Shown piece by piece: positions 47,731-60,859 of a stretch of 64,000 bases of DNA; position 1 is the stretch's first letter, and each line of letters begins with the position of its first letter. The DNA is from Azolla caroliniana (Eukaryota > Plantae > Polypodiophyta). The notes under the pieces are model-generated. The model made no database searches and was not told where the DNA came from. It saw only the letters and a list, made by a program, of their open reading frames with translations. The stretch covers positions 19,654,001 through 19,718,000 of the forward strand of contig JBHGNT010000013.1 of assembly GCA_043228905.1 (NCBI GenBank). The letters are read 5' to 3'. The position numbers and the translations under genes are program-made.

Positions 47731-50700
47731 TATTAGAAATATTCAGAATCGAGTAGATAGGTATATAGAGTTACAACTGCAGAGATGGATATATGAAAAC
47801 AGAATTTCTATTACATATGAGAGTAGTTCAAAATGGTAGTTTTCCCATGCGCTCACACCTTAGAGCTTAGATAGGATATGGACCGACTCACTACAAAATT
47901 AGTGGGGACTAATGATCAATCTGACCACTGTGTGAGAAAAGTGACTTATAATCTATGTTTGGTCTTAGTATAAATGTGCAAGTCAGTTGACAGTAGTGGA
48001 GATATTCCTTTTCTGTCAACTGACTTGTCATTTAATATGACCCAACTCCCTAGGTACAGGCTAGTGCTAGATAATACTTATCTTGAAGTCAATGACGCAT
48101 ATTTCAAGACTAAGTACATCGTAACTTGCCCACAAAATATTCTAGCTGACTTGATTAGCCAATCCTTTTATCTATTTCTCTCTTTCCTAAATATATTGTG
48201 TCCTACGCATCTACGGTTTCCTAGATTAACACCTTATCGACCCATATGGTCGAGTTGCACACTAGCCGCTCCTCATTTGGGGCGCTATCACAAAATGTGC
48301 ACTCTAAGAGCACATATGGGGATAGATTTACAACTTGGGGCTGATCATTGATTATATCTAACACGCCCCCTCAATGATCAACCCATTGAGTTCACTTGGA
48401 ATTGGGCCAACACCTAGTCGTCGAAGGTGTTGTTGCAACTGTTCTGCTCCAAGCGCCTTTGTGAAGATATCTGCAGCATTTTCTGATGTTGGACAGTACT
48501 CAAGCTCCACAATCTCATCATTTATTAGCTCCCGCACATAGTGATACTGAATCTCTATGTGTTTAGTACGTGCATGAAATACGGGGTTCTTGGCAATGGC
48601 CATGCAACTCTGATTGTCACACCTCAATACCGTTGCCGTCCTTATTGGGACTGCCACATCCATAAGGATTCTTCTTAGCCAAACTACCTCGCATGCCGCT
48701 ATGCATGCTGCTTTGTATTCTGCCTCCGTTGAAGATAGTGCCACTGTTGGTTGTTTTTTACTACTCCATGAAACAGCTCCAGATCCTATTGAAAAACAAT
48801 ATCCAGAAACTGATTTTCTGGAATCACTATCTCCAGCCCAATCGGAGTCGCAATATCCACTAAGTTGGTCAATTGTTGGCTTGTAGAAGATTCCATAATT
48901 TAAAGTACCCACAATGTACTTTAATACACGTAGAGCAGCTTTCCAATGAGTCTCCTTCGGCTTGTTGCTGAATCGACTCACCACATTGACTGCAAAACAA
49001 ATATCCGGCCTAGTGTTGCATAGGAAAATTAGACTTCCTACTAGTTGTCTATACTTCCTTATGTCAACCATTGGTGATGAGTCTTCTTGGGATAGCTTGC
49101 AGTTTGACTCCATTGGAGTCGACTTCGACTTGTTGTCCATCATCCCGAAGGTCTTCAAGATCTCTGTTGCATACTTTCTTTGTGACATGAAGATGCCGAC
49201 CGAGGTTTGCCAAACCTCAATTCCAAGGAAGTAGTGTAGAATCCCCAAGTCTGTCATTTCAAACTCAGTTTTCAAACACTCTTGTGTTTGGCCAATGCAC
49301 TCTTCATGGTCACCAGTAAGTACTAGATCATCCACGTAAATGATAATGATGACTTGTTTCCCGTCCTTCATTTTGACATACATACTTGCATCCGAAGCAC
49401 ATTGCTTAAAGTCGATTGATCGTAAGAAGCTGTCTATCCTCTTGTTCCAAGCTCTTGGTGCTTGCTTTAGACCATATAGTGCCTTCTTCAGCTTGCAAAC
49501 TTTGTTTTCTGAATTCGGTATCTCAAACCCCGGTGGTTGTGTCACATATACCTCCTCCTTGAGATGCCCATTCAGAAATGCTGATTTGACATCCATTTGA
49601 TAAATCGGCCATCCTCTTGAAGCAGCCAACGCTATGACCATTCGAATTGTTGTCATGCGAGCTGTCGGGGCAAATGTTTCTTGTACATCGAACCCTTCAA
49701 TTTGGGAGTATCCTTGCGCTACTAGCATGGCCTTGAATTTCTCCAAAGAGCCATCAGCTTTATACTTTACTTTCCATACCCACTTCGTGCCTATCACCTT
49801 CTTCTTTGTTGGCCTCTCTACCAACTCCCATGTGTCATTTTTCATGATGCTATCATATTCTGATATCATCGCCTCTTTCCACTTCGGGTCGGCCATAGCT
49901 TCCTCCACCGAGGTCGGCTCACTCACTGAGCCTATGATGTCCACCATCAGAGCCATGTTGACAATGTGGTCAGAGGTTCTTCCTTGCTCCTGTATTCTTC
50001 TTGATCTTCGTAATCCATCAGTTGAAGTTTCAGGAAACTCAACTTTAGGAGTATGATCATTGAAGAGTTGTTGAGCCCACTTAGGTATTTTCTTTACATG
50101 TGGGACTGGCATAGGCTGAACTAGTGAACCATTACCATCAGATGGTTCAGCTTCCTTTTTTGGATAATGGGTCGGGATTGGGTAAAATACTTCTTCAGTT
50201 GATGAGATAACTTGAGAATCGTTGTTCTCAGCTAGTTGTGGTTGTTCCTCATCGAACACCACATCGCGGCTTGTCAATATCTTTCTTGCCTCTGGATCGT
50301 AGAGTCGATAGGCCTTTGACTCTTCACTATATCCGAGAAAGATACACTTTTTGCTTTTAGCATCCAACTTCTTTCTGCTCACATCTGGAATATGTGCGTA
50401 GCACATACACCCAAAGGTTCTGAAGTGCAGCACTGAAGGTTTCTTGCCTGAATAAGCTTCTTGGGGTGTTTTCCCTTGAAGTGCCTTCGTGTAGCTCCGA
50501 TTGAGGATGTAAACTGTTGTGTTCACTGCTTCAGCCCAGAATGGGTCGGGCAGCGCTTGTGCCTTCAACATACACCTAGCCATCTCGACAACTGTTCGAT
50601 TTCGACGTTCGACAACGCCATTTTGTTGTGGGGTGTAGGCAGTTGTAAGTTGGCGCTTAATTCCATGCTCTTTGCAATACTCACAGAATTCTATTGATAA

Positions 50701-53190
50701 GAATTCTCCACCTCGATCAGAGCGTAGCTCCTTCACTAACTTTCCAGACTCTCGCTCGACAAACTTATGCCATCTTTTGAAGATTTTAAAAGCTTCAGCC
50801 TTCTCCCAAAGGAAGTAAACCCACATCTTTCTGCTGAAGTCGTCGACTATTAGCATATAGTAGAGAGATCCACCCATTGCAGGAGTCACCATTTTTCCAG
50901 AGAGGTCAATGTGTATTAGTTGTAGAGGAGTCTTTGCCCGATTTTGACTCTCTTTTGGAATGGCTGATCTTTGATGCTTGCCCATCATACAAGCATCACA
51001 AACATGACTTAAGTCAGATAGGGTTGGCAACCCAACTACCATATTCGACTTCTTCATCTCCTTCAACACAGCAACGTTGAGATGCCCAAATCTCTCATGC
51101 CATTGCTTTGTGTTGGTACTTGTGCTGTGGTCAGTAGAAATGGTAAACGCACTCAGCTCATAGAGATTGTTGCGCCTCACCCCTATTCCTACAACCTTGC
51201 CAGCAGAATCTGTTATTTCTGCACCCGACTTCTTGAATCGAACATCAAGACCCTTGTCAGTCAGTGCAGAAATGGACAGTAGATTCTTCTTCAGATCTGG
51301 CACGTACAACACTTGAGAGAGATGCTTTGTCCCACCGGTCGTTGCTTTGAGGGAGACGGTTCCGGTTCCTTTGGCCGGACATCGAGCATTGTTCCCGACC
51401 ACAACATTGATGGGCTCTTGTAGAGGTGTCCAAGAACTGTACCAGTCACGATTACTGGTCATATGTCGGGATGCTCCACTATCGAGAATCCAAGACTCAT
51501 CAACAACTTGAGTGTCAACTGAAGAACACACTTCTTCAGTTGCGACCCATAACTCAAGTTCATCTACGACATTGTTAGCGGACTCGGGCTCTCTCCAAGA
51601 AGTCTTATTAGAACCATTCTTCTCATCCGCCATCTTCTTTCGACAATCCTTGATTGTGTGACCCTTCTTGTCACAGTAGAAACACGATCCATTGAACTTC
51701 TTCTTCTTTGGTATCCTATTCGCATTGTTTGAATTGGATGCCCCTTCACCCTTAGTCCTAGAGACAAATGCTGAATCTTCCCTTTCTTCTCTTGTCTTCA
51801 GCCGAAGCTCCTCTTCAAGCAGCATTGCACTTAGTTCATCAAATTTTAAAGGAGTGGGTCGAACCTGAGTGTTCAATGCTGTCACAATGCCATCATACTT
51901 GAAAGGAAGTACTCGAATGCACCGACGAGCCATATCCTCTTGAGAGACGACTACTCCAACAGCCGCCAGCTGATCTTGAAGATCCTTAATCCTTTTTACA
52001 AAGGATTCTACTTTCTCTCCATCAGCGAGCTTCTCTGCAGCAAGCTGATTTTCGAGGTTTTGTATCCTTGTATAGTTTCTGGTCTCATACTGGCTGGCCA
52101 ATATGCTCCAAGCTTCATGTGCCCTAGTTGTATGTTGCACTAGTGTTAGTACGGAGTCACATACACCAGTGACTATGGTACATAGCGCATCAGCATTCCT
52201 TCTCTTCCAGGCTCGAAGTAGATCAGCATTTGGAGGAATTGATGTGGTAGGGTGTGCAGGGTCAAAGGTTGCCATGGGCTCAGGGTCTCCCCCTGTGGGT
52301 CCCATGATTGTTTCCAACAACTCGTAGGAATCCAAAATGGCAGACATTTTGAACTTCCATAGAGTGTAGTTGGTTCCATCTAGCTTTCCATCAGACAATG
52401 GAGGTGGGCGAATGCGCAATGGAGCAGCTGCAACATTCGTGGACAAGGCCATTGATACTCTGTCTCTCTCTCTCTCTCTCTCTCTATTTCTCTCTGTTGC
52501 TAGACAGCAACTACCCGTATATACCTAATCTAGATCAACCTCTTCGCTCTGATACCATATTAGAAATATTGAGAATCGAGTAGATAGGTATATAGAGTTA
52601 CAACTGCAGAGATGGATATATGAAAACAGAATTTCTATTACATATGAGAGTAGTTCAAAATGGTAGTTTTCCCATGCGCTCACACCTTAGAGCTTAGATA
52701 GGATATGGACCGACTCACTACAAAATTAGTGGGGACTAATGATCAATCTGACCACTGTGTGAGAAAAGTGACTTATAATCTATGTTTGGTCTTAGTATAA
52801 ATGTGCAAGTCAGTTGACAGTAGTGGAGATATTCCTTTTCTGTCAACTGACTTGTCATTTAATATGACCCAACTCCCTAGGTACAGGCTAGTGCTAGATA
52901 ATACTTATCTTGAAGTCAATGACGCATATTTCAAGACTAAGTACATCGTAACTTGCCCACAAAATATTCTAGCTGACTTGATTAGCCAATCCTTTTATCT
53001 ATTTCTCTCTTTCCTAAATATATTGTGTCCTACGCATCTACGGTTTCCTAGATTAACACCTTATCGACCCATATGGTCGAGTTGCACACTAGCCGCTCCT
53101 CATTTGGGGCGCTATCACAAAATGTGCACTCTAAGAGCACATATGGGGATAGATTTACAACTTGGGGCTGATCATTGATTATATCTAACA
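47731..53190 (-). mobile_element. Young full-length Ty1/copia element
   Basis: 633-bp LTRs 47731-48363 and 52558-53190 (one mismatch seen); TSD ACTAT; PBS TGGTATCAGAGC (iMet) 52546-52557; PPT next to 48364. Confidence 0.97.
48358..52452 (-). CDS. Copia gag-PR-IN-RT-RNase H polyprotein, 1364 aa
   Basis: [14 protein letters not shown]; WILDSGAS; WHERFGH...CDAC; DDE; [14 protein letters not shown]; [15 protein letters not shown]; stop codon lies inside the 3' LTR. Confidence 0.96.
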   Translation of the reverse strand: MALSTNVAAAPLRIRPPPLSDGKLDGTNYTLWKFKMSAILDSYELLETIMGPTGGDPEPMATFDPAHPTTSIPPNADLLRAWKRRNADALCTIVTGVCDSVLTLVQHTTRAHEAWSILASQYETRNYTRIQNLENQLAAEKLADGEKVESFVKRIKDLQDQLAAVGVVVSQEDMARRCIRVLPFKYDGIVTALNTQVRPTPLKFDELSAMLLEEELRLKTREEREDSAFVSRTKGEGASNSNNANRIPKKKKFNGSCFYCDKKGHTIKDCRKKMADEKNGSNKTSWREPESANNVVDELELWVATEEVCSSVDTQVVDESWILDSGASRHMTSNRDWYSSWTPLQEPINVVVGNNARCPAKGTGTVSLKATTGGTKHLSQVLYVPDLKKNLLSISALTDKGLDVRFKKSGAEITDSAGKVVGIGVRRNNLYELSAFTISTDHSTSTNTKQWHERFGHLNVAVLKEMKKSNMVVGLPTLSDLSHVCDACMMGKHQRSAIPKESQNRAKTPLQLIHIDLSGKMVTPAMGGSLYYMLIVDDFSRKMWVYFLWEKAEAFKIFKRWHKFVERESGKLVKELRSDRGGEFLSIEFCEYCKEHGIKRQLTTAYTPQQNGVVERRNRTVVEMARCMLKAQALPDPFWAEAVNTTVYILNRSYTKALQGKTPQEAYSGKKPSVLHFRTFGCMCYAHIPDVSRKKLDAKSKKCIFLGYSEESKAYRLYDPEARKILTSRDVVFDEEQPQLAENNDSQVISSTEEVFYPIPTHYPKKEAEPSDGNGSLVQPMPVPHVKKIPKWAQQLFNDHTPKVEFPETSTDGLRRSRRIQEQGRTSDHIVNMALMVDIIGSVSEPTSVEEAMADPKWKEAMISEYDSIMKNDTWELVERPTKKKVIGTKWVWKVKYKADGSLEKFKAMLVAQGYSQIEGFDVQETFAPTARMTTIRMVIALAASRGWPIYQMDVKSAFLNGHLKEEVYVTQPPGFEIPNSENKVCKLKKALYGLKQAPRAWNKRIDSFLRSIDFKQCASDASMYVKMKDGKQVIIIIYVDDLVLTGDHEECIGQTQECLKTEFEMTDLGILHYFLGIEVWQTSVGIFMSQRKYATEILKTFGMMDNKSKSTPMESNCKLSQEDSSPMVDIRKYRQLVGSLIFLCNTRPDICFAVNVVSRFSNKPKETHWKAALRVLKYIVGTLNYGIFYKPTIDQLSGYCDSDWAGDSDSRKSVSGYCFSIGSGAVSWSSKKQPTVALSSTEAEYKAACIAACEVVWLRRILMDVAVPIRTATVLRCDNQSCMAIAKNPVFHARTKHIEIQYHYVRELINDEIVELEYCPTSENAADIFTKALGAEQLQQHLRRLGVGPIPSELNGLIIEGAC

Positions 53191-54524
53191 ACTATGCCTA
53201 TCATCGTCATTGTCATTGTTATTATTAATTAATTGCAATTCCCATCTCCAATAGTGGTCATCTCAATAGTCATTAAGCCACCAAGAATCATCACTTCAAT
53301 TGATCATGCCAACATTGAAATATCACATTTCACATTCATAACATCACTTTAGCCACTTTGTTGCATGAAGGTTGTGGGCATTTTTTTACATGATTGCCAA
53401 GTGTTAAGAGGGATGGAGAAGCGATTGGGAAAGAAGGGAAGAGTAAGAAAATAGAGAGATGAGGTACAATTTTGTGGCCTATTGATTTTGCTTATGTATT
53501 TGTCACATTAATTATGGTGACCAGCCTCCTAAGTAGTTGAACCAACCATTGATGCCCAATAGTTTATTCATGGCAACCTAAAACACATCCACATAAATTC
53601 TAGAACCAGCTTGAAATAGACTCAAGAGTAACATTCTATTATATGGTTGTGCTGAATATAACTAGGCAAGCGATGAAATGGGAATTATTTAATAAGAAAT
53701 GTGCAGCCACATTGCAATAATGATTGTGATTGTATATGTTGTGTATGTACGTACATTACAGGATTCTTGTTGATTGACAGACACGAGTCCCTAATATTCA
53801 AGTTTGATTATGTGGTTGTGCTTGCCAATCAAAAAGTCTCCCTCAATGTCTATACACAAGGAAATCCTATCATAGTCATTGTTGTGAGGTAGGTGCAACT
53901 TTCTTATTAATGAATCCACCCGTCAAGAAACTTGCATCTACCTTGCAAAGATCGGATTGTTGTGTACATACATTGAGGAGTTCTTTCTGATCGGCAGCAA
54001 CTTCAATGTACAGGAGATGTGCCAACCAATGAAAAGGAATCCGTCAATATCGTTTGCACGCAACGACATCCAATCACAAACAATCATTGCTCCAAGGTAG
54101 GTGCAAGTTTCTAGTTGCATATTCACTTCACCTCTTGCCTAGCAACCATTTGACAAGAGATGGAGTCATCATAGTTGTTGAACGGCTCCGATAACCAAGG
54201 CATACATACCCATCATCAGTTTTTTTGTGTCTTTACCATACCAGAATTCTCAAGGTGAATTCAGAAGTGCAATAATGCGAGCAAACATGATACAGTTACA
54301 TTCACAAAAGCATTATGTGTCTATAGTGTGGATGCTCTCCACATACATATACATATGTTCAGTAAGGATGCCTCTCATTTGTTTGCCATTTGCTTAAGTG
54401 TGATCACTTCTTCTTGCCAATAGCTTTGGCCATGTGACCCACCCCCCCTCCTCACAGAAGATCTCTCTGTGTTCTGGATAATGAACCATTAGCAGCGAGA
54501 CAGACACAGCGAGCGAAGCTTTCC

Positions 54525-57500
54525 ATGGCTTCTGTGAACACCCATTGCTCCATCTCTCCCATCGTCTCCGCCCCTCTCTGTACACCTTCCTCTGTTGTTG
54601 ATCCCCCCCTCCCTGCTCCCCCTAATGGTCCCGCTTTGCTTACTCCTGGCAGAATCCGCCATACCCTTCTCCAGGCACGGATGGCTCCAGATACGCTGCG
54701 GCCATTTCCATATCCAGGTTCCTGATCCATTCTCTCCATAAGTCTGCATTAGAGAAAGAATTTGTGAAGCTATCATCTTTTGCACTCAGTAGGCTGTGTT
54801 ATTTGGTTCGTCTCTGCAATAGATTTTTCTCTGTATTGTTTTTATTTTTGAAGTTTTTGACGTGTTCAATCATTCTCATTGATCTGGTTTTCAGATAATG
54901 GATTTATCTAGTTCCTTTTACATTCTTTCTTTTCCTCTCCTTTTCTCTTTTATAGCTAAGGATAATCTAAGCCAGAACAGTGAGAATGGAGGTCTTCCTT
55001 ATTCTCTACAGCCGTGGAAGGAAGAAGAAACAGTGAACAAAGTAAGGTACTTTCCCATATAAGCTTGTACACAAATTGTATTTATTCATATATCAATCCA
55101 GATATAGGTATACTTTACCTTGATGATAGTTATCTGGCACTAATTGTAATAGATGAGAGATCAAGATGTAAGCTTAGAAAATGACACCGAGCATGCGGAA
55201 TGGAAGAATGAATGGGGCATGCCTGAAGATGGATTTCACTTGACTAAGCTTTTGGAAAGAAAATCAAGAGCATTTGATATAGAAGAAAGTTTTTTTATAG
55301 CTCCTATTCTAGCAGAACAAGAAGCAAAATTTAATGATATTGGCAAGGTTAACAGTTTCAAGGGAAAAGTTGAAGATACTGAACTCAAAACATTTGATCC
55401 AGATGTCACTTCACTTCATCGCCCAACAGATTCTGAACCTTTGGATATCGAATACCTAATGGTTATGGCCAAAACATGGCATGGAAATATTACACTACAG
55501 AATGTCAGATCCTTACATAGATATATCTACAGCAAGGGATTGGAAAGTCTCACTTGTATTATGAACCATGTTATTAGTTTGTATATTGAATGCCAGAGTA
55601 TGCATAACGCTGAACAGGTGCTCGAAATGTTGTCTTATCGGAACGAACATTCATGGACTTCCCTAATCTCAGGACATGTTAAAAGCGGCCAGTTTGAATT
55701 CGCACTTAATTTGCACCAGAAAATGCTGGAGGATTGTGTCCTGCCCAGTAGCTATACATTGGTGGCTTTGTTGAAAGCATGTGCGGGACTAAAAGATCTT
55801 GAGAGGGGAAAGCATATTCATGAGCAAATAAAGAAAATGAACTTTTTGAAAGAATTGCCTGTCGGTAACACTCTGATTGGAATGTATGCAAAATGTGGAT
55901 CTCTTGAAGACGCGCAGGAGATATTTGACAATTTATTGTTCCGGAATGTCGTATCGTGGACTGCCTTGATTGGAGGGTATGCAGAGCATGGCCCTTTTGA
56001 AGAGGCGCTTAGATTTTTCTCACAAATGCACAAAGGCGGTGTATCACCGAATGATGTATCTTTTGCTTGTGCTTTGAAAGCATGTGGTAACCTTGGAGCA
56101 ATCAACAAAGGCCATGAGATACACGCCAATGTTGTATTGACAGGATCTGGAAGTGACCTTCTTGTAGGCAACAGTCTCATCGATATGTATGCAAGATGTG
56201 GTTCTCTGGTTGAAGCAGATTATGTGTTTCACAAACTAGATTCGCGAAATGTAGTTTCTTGGACGACATTAATAGGTGGCTATGCTGAAGGTGGACATGG
56301 CCTGGATGCCCTTCGATATTTTGATCAGATGAAATCAGAGGGCATCCAAGGGAATGCATTTACTTTGGCATGTGCCTTGAAAGCATGTGGTAGCATAGGA
56401 TCAATTAAAAGAGGTCAAGAAATCCACTTTGAAATTGCTCAAAATGGATATGATCTTGATCTTTCTTTGGCCAATACTTTGATTGGCATGTATGCCAAAT
56501 GCGGTTCACTTACTGAGGCTCACGATGTTTTTGATGATATGCAAATCCATGATGTTGTGTCATGGTCTGCGCTTGCTTCAGGATATGCCGAACATGGCCG
56601 TGCCCAAGATGCAGTGAAGTGCTTTGAGCAAATGCAATTGGATGGTGTCTCTCCCAATAGAGTTACATTTGCTTGTGTCTTGAAAGCCTGTGGAAGTATT
56701 GGGGCAATAGATAAGGGTAATGAGGTACATCTACTGGTGACAAAGAATGGTTTGGAAGAAGATCCACATGTTGTGAACTCCCTAATTAGCATGTATGCTA
56801 GATGTTGCTGCCTTCCTGAAGCACAGAGTGTTTTCAGAATGCTTCCTGTTTTGGATGTTGTCACGTGGAGCTCAATGATCAAAGGATATGCTCTGAATCA
56901 TGAAGGTGAGATGGCAGTGCAATGTTTCGAGGACATGAAAGAACATGGTATTAAGCCAAATTCTGTAACATTCACTTGCCTTCTCACAGCATGCAGTCAT
57001 ACTAGCCTCGTTGTTGATGGGATGAATTATTTCAAATCAATGAGAGAAGAGTACAAGATCTTGCCACTACCTGAACATTATGCATGTATACTTACATTAT
57101 TGGCAAGGTCAGGGCATCTGTTTGAAGCTGAGAGATTTCTAGACTCGATGTGTCCTTTGAGTAAAGAAACATGGGTGGCTTTGTTGACTGCTTGCAAAAC
57201 ACATGGGGAAATAGAATTAGGGTTTAGATGCTTTCAGGAGCTTGCTGAGCTAGATGAACAGGATGGGGCTGCATGGTATGTGCTAATGGCCGAGATGTAC
57301 GCTAATGCTGGTCAGTGGGAGGATGTGTATAGAATTGAACAGCTAAGGATGCAAGCAAGAGCTTATAAGAAACCTGCCATTGCCGTGATAGAAGTGAAAG
57401 GAAAGCTTCATGAGTTCATAGTAGGCCAAAATCAGAATAAAGAAGTCTCTTTGATGCTACAAAACTGGAAAGAACGCTTAAAAGATGAAGGGCATGTACC

Positions 57501-57771
57501 CCGCGTGAATCAGATCTTAAGACCTATCTCTGATAAGAATAAGGAATCATCTCTTTGTGAACATGCAGAAAAATTAGCTATGGCCTTTGGCATCCTAAAT
57601 ACTTTGGATGGGCAAACCTTGCGAATCTCAAAAAATTTACGAGTGTGTAACGATTGTCACATCACGAGTAAGATGCTAACCAAGATTGAAAAGCGTGAAA
57701 TCATTCTTCAAGACACCTCTTGTATTCATCATTTTAAGGATGGTGAGTGTTCTTGTGGTGATATGTTCTGA
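54525..57771 (+). CDS. PLS-class PPR protein with E and DYW:KP-type domain, ~965 aa; exons 54525-54717, 54956-55041, 55153-57771
   Basis: Repeated P-L-S triplets (NVVSWTALIGGY, FACALKAC, VGNSLIDMYARCG); KKPAIAVIEV, HAEKLA, CNDC, HHF..CSCGDMF. The two 5' exons are inferred from in-phase GT-AG sites and are less certain. Confidence 0.9.
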
Positions 57772-60700
57772 AGGCTGTCATTTTTATGTGCTTTTGTTTT
57801 CTGTATTGGAGAAGAACCCACATCCTTCTCTTTGTAATTGTAGCTCATCTTCAACATGAGAGTATATCTTCAGAATAAGCCATGAGAATGGACCTACCAC
57901 ATAAGTCAAGAGTTTGATTCTCACCTTGGGATGCCACAAATGGCATTCAGCCCCTGCATGAAGAGAAGGACCAGGTAAGAATGATCACTGAGTGTTTTAA
58001 TCCCCTCGGCATGTAACCCTAGTACAATATTGCATTATGCAATTGTCTTGCAAACCTAAAAGACAATGAAAGCACATGCATTTAAATATCTTGTGATGCA
58101 ATCAAGTATAACACATGGCAATAATCAGCCAGACAGATTTCCTTTCAATCTATCCATTGAGTCTTGGATATAAATCCCTATTTGATACTCGGTAAGAGAT
58201 GAGAATTGTGTTACATATAGAGCAAAATTGGAGTTATCATAATCTCTCAGTTCAAAGAGACGACTAATTCTTTGTGTAGATATCTGGTTGGCATTAACAT
58301 GGGTTTGCTTTGTTCATGTTTGTAAACAAAAGATGTGTATTGTTCTCTACCGTGTATGAATACATTTGAAAAACAAATTGCATAGCCACCTTTATAATTT
58401 ACACATCCATAGTTGTAGATAGTGACTATTTCACCTCAGTAATATTATGTAATTAAGTGTTTCACATGTGGTACATGAAGTTTGTAATTTTATGTCCATA
58501 CTCTTCAACAATGAAACTTCGTACTGTTTGCATGCATCCATCCACCCAATGGTTTCTCAGTTTTTCATTGTCAGTTTCAGTTTGTCAGTGGATTTCAGTT
58601 TGACTTTCTTATTATATATACAGATCCTAATTTGTAACATAATTAAGTTGTCTTGAAAGCATCCAACTTAACATCAACAACATTTTACAGCAAACATGTG
58701 CTCATCAACTAACCAACCACCTGGGCTATGATTATTGGTTATATTTTTGTTGTAGAGAGCATATACATATAGACTTTCAACATGAGACACACCTACATAT
58801 AAAACAAAAACTCAGGTTGTTCAAACTTCACACTACATATTATGATAGAATCAGAAAGAAGAAGTAACACAGGAAAATGACAATACATTGACAGCGCTTC
58901 AGACCAACAAGGGCACAGCAAAGGTAGATTATTGCCATCCTCGAAACAAAAAAATTCAGATGAAATACCAGGAAGAAATGCAAAAGCACGTTGCTTCTAA
59001 TCACTCAATATGTCATTTTTATTTGAGTCTCACCAAGCATATCAAGATGTACAAATGTCATCGAAATGTCAAAACCACATGCATCCAAAACTTTGATTCT
59101 AACCAGGATTGTGACTAAGTAACATATGGAAGTTGATTCACTCTCAAAAAAAAAACTCTGTGAAAAATATGGAGGTATGCAACGAGTCTTCACAGCACAG
59201 AACATCAAACCCATTTGTGCGCCTCACTCCATCATGGTGACATTGATGAGAAAGCCCAAAACAAAGACTACTCACTATACAAGCATTTTATGACATACGA
59301 GCACATGAATTCCTGTGACATGATAACATCAGAGGGGCAAATGTAATCATCCAATTAGGGCACCATACAGACAATTAGAAGCAATCCCATGTGACTTCCT
59401 ATCATGAGGATGATACAGAGTCTCTCTCAACGGTTACAACTCTAGACAAGCAAGGTCATAGCCCCCATGGGCTACACAAAGAAAGGAATGACCTTGACTG
59501 CGGCAGTTGCTGATCCTCAGTGACAACAAAAGTAAGGTAGGCAACAAACAGAACACAAGACATAAGAATAATGATCCCAGGAAGAAGCAAAACAAAACAA
59601 CTCAGGCAGATCCAGAAATAAAAACGTAACATAAGAATAATGATCCCAGGAAGAAGCAAAATACCCTCTCCCAAATGTTTGTTCACTCTCCTGTATACAG
59701 CAAGAGGACATTGACCCGTGAATTCACCTTGACTCCACAAAGCAGCAAAGATTCCACATGAAGTGTGCCAGAGTGGGAGTTATGTGTCTAGCAAATCTAC
59801 ACAGATATCCCCAAAAAGAAGAAAGGAGCACAACACAACCACAGCCTACAGGCATTAGGGAGGAGGATTGTCAGACAGGATTTACCATCAAGGTCATCCT
59901 TCACCACAGGAAGGATTGGTCCTTCACAGCAGGGCAACTCTATCCTAAAACAAGAATTAAGTTCCAACACAGCATACAAGCAGGAGTAGGGAGAGCCATT
60001 TACTACCTCTTCCTCCTACTTCACTATCAATGTTGGGGCACTTAATATACCCATGTTTTGTTACAACTGTTTTACCAAATGAAGAAGCAAGAAACACCAC
60101 AGTGCCCTACTGTTAGCTTTTCCCTATTGGTTTTAATTAAAAGCATATGAGAGGACGATTTCTTTGCACAAATTTTATATTTGATGACATAGAAAAAGAC
60201 AATGATTTCCTCAAATTTTTCCCAGTTGTGCAACCATCAGTAGGGACCACAACAACATGCACTATCAAAAGACTTCTTCTGTTCTATTCTTTACTATTTT
60301 TATTGGCCATTAATACAATATTATTTCCACTTAATGCTAAGGAGTTTGCTGAACACTAACGGCAAACCCACATACCTGTACAATATACCTGTATAAGACA
60401 AAAAAATATGCAGATAACTGTAATATATGTAATTCTTGCAGATATGAATAAGGAAACACTTCTCATAAAACTACAAGACATTGTTCCAAAAATACAACCT
60501 TGCAGACAGGGCTGAGGCAATTATTCAAACCTTGTGTTCTGGACCATTAATTTTTCGATTTTTGAAAATCTTACCAATCATAATAATGCTGTATATTGCA
60601 GTTGCAGCACAAAACATGTGAATAAAAGCAGAAAAAACTAGTGAAATTATCAGAAAACCCAGTAAAAAATAGGCACTCGATTACAAAACTTTTTGATGAT

Positions 60701-60859
60701 AACCAAGAGAGGCTGACAGCAGAAATAACAAGAGGCGGCATCACATACACTTGCATAGCACACACCCAAATACCTTCAAAAAAAAGGAGTGAAACATCAC
60801 AAACTCCTAGATGTTCAATTAAGAGACAAGAAGCAATGCTACATAATAACCATGTCTCT

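Noticed and set aside
47974-48351. 125-aa ORF repeated at 52801-53178
   Set aside because: Antisense ORF inside the copia LTRs; its identity only reflects LTR identity and it has no known motifs.
59559-59661. 33-bp direct repeat acataagaataatgatcccaggaagaagcaaaa
   Set aside because: Simple local duplication in non-coding sequence with no element hallmarks.
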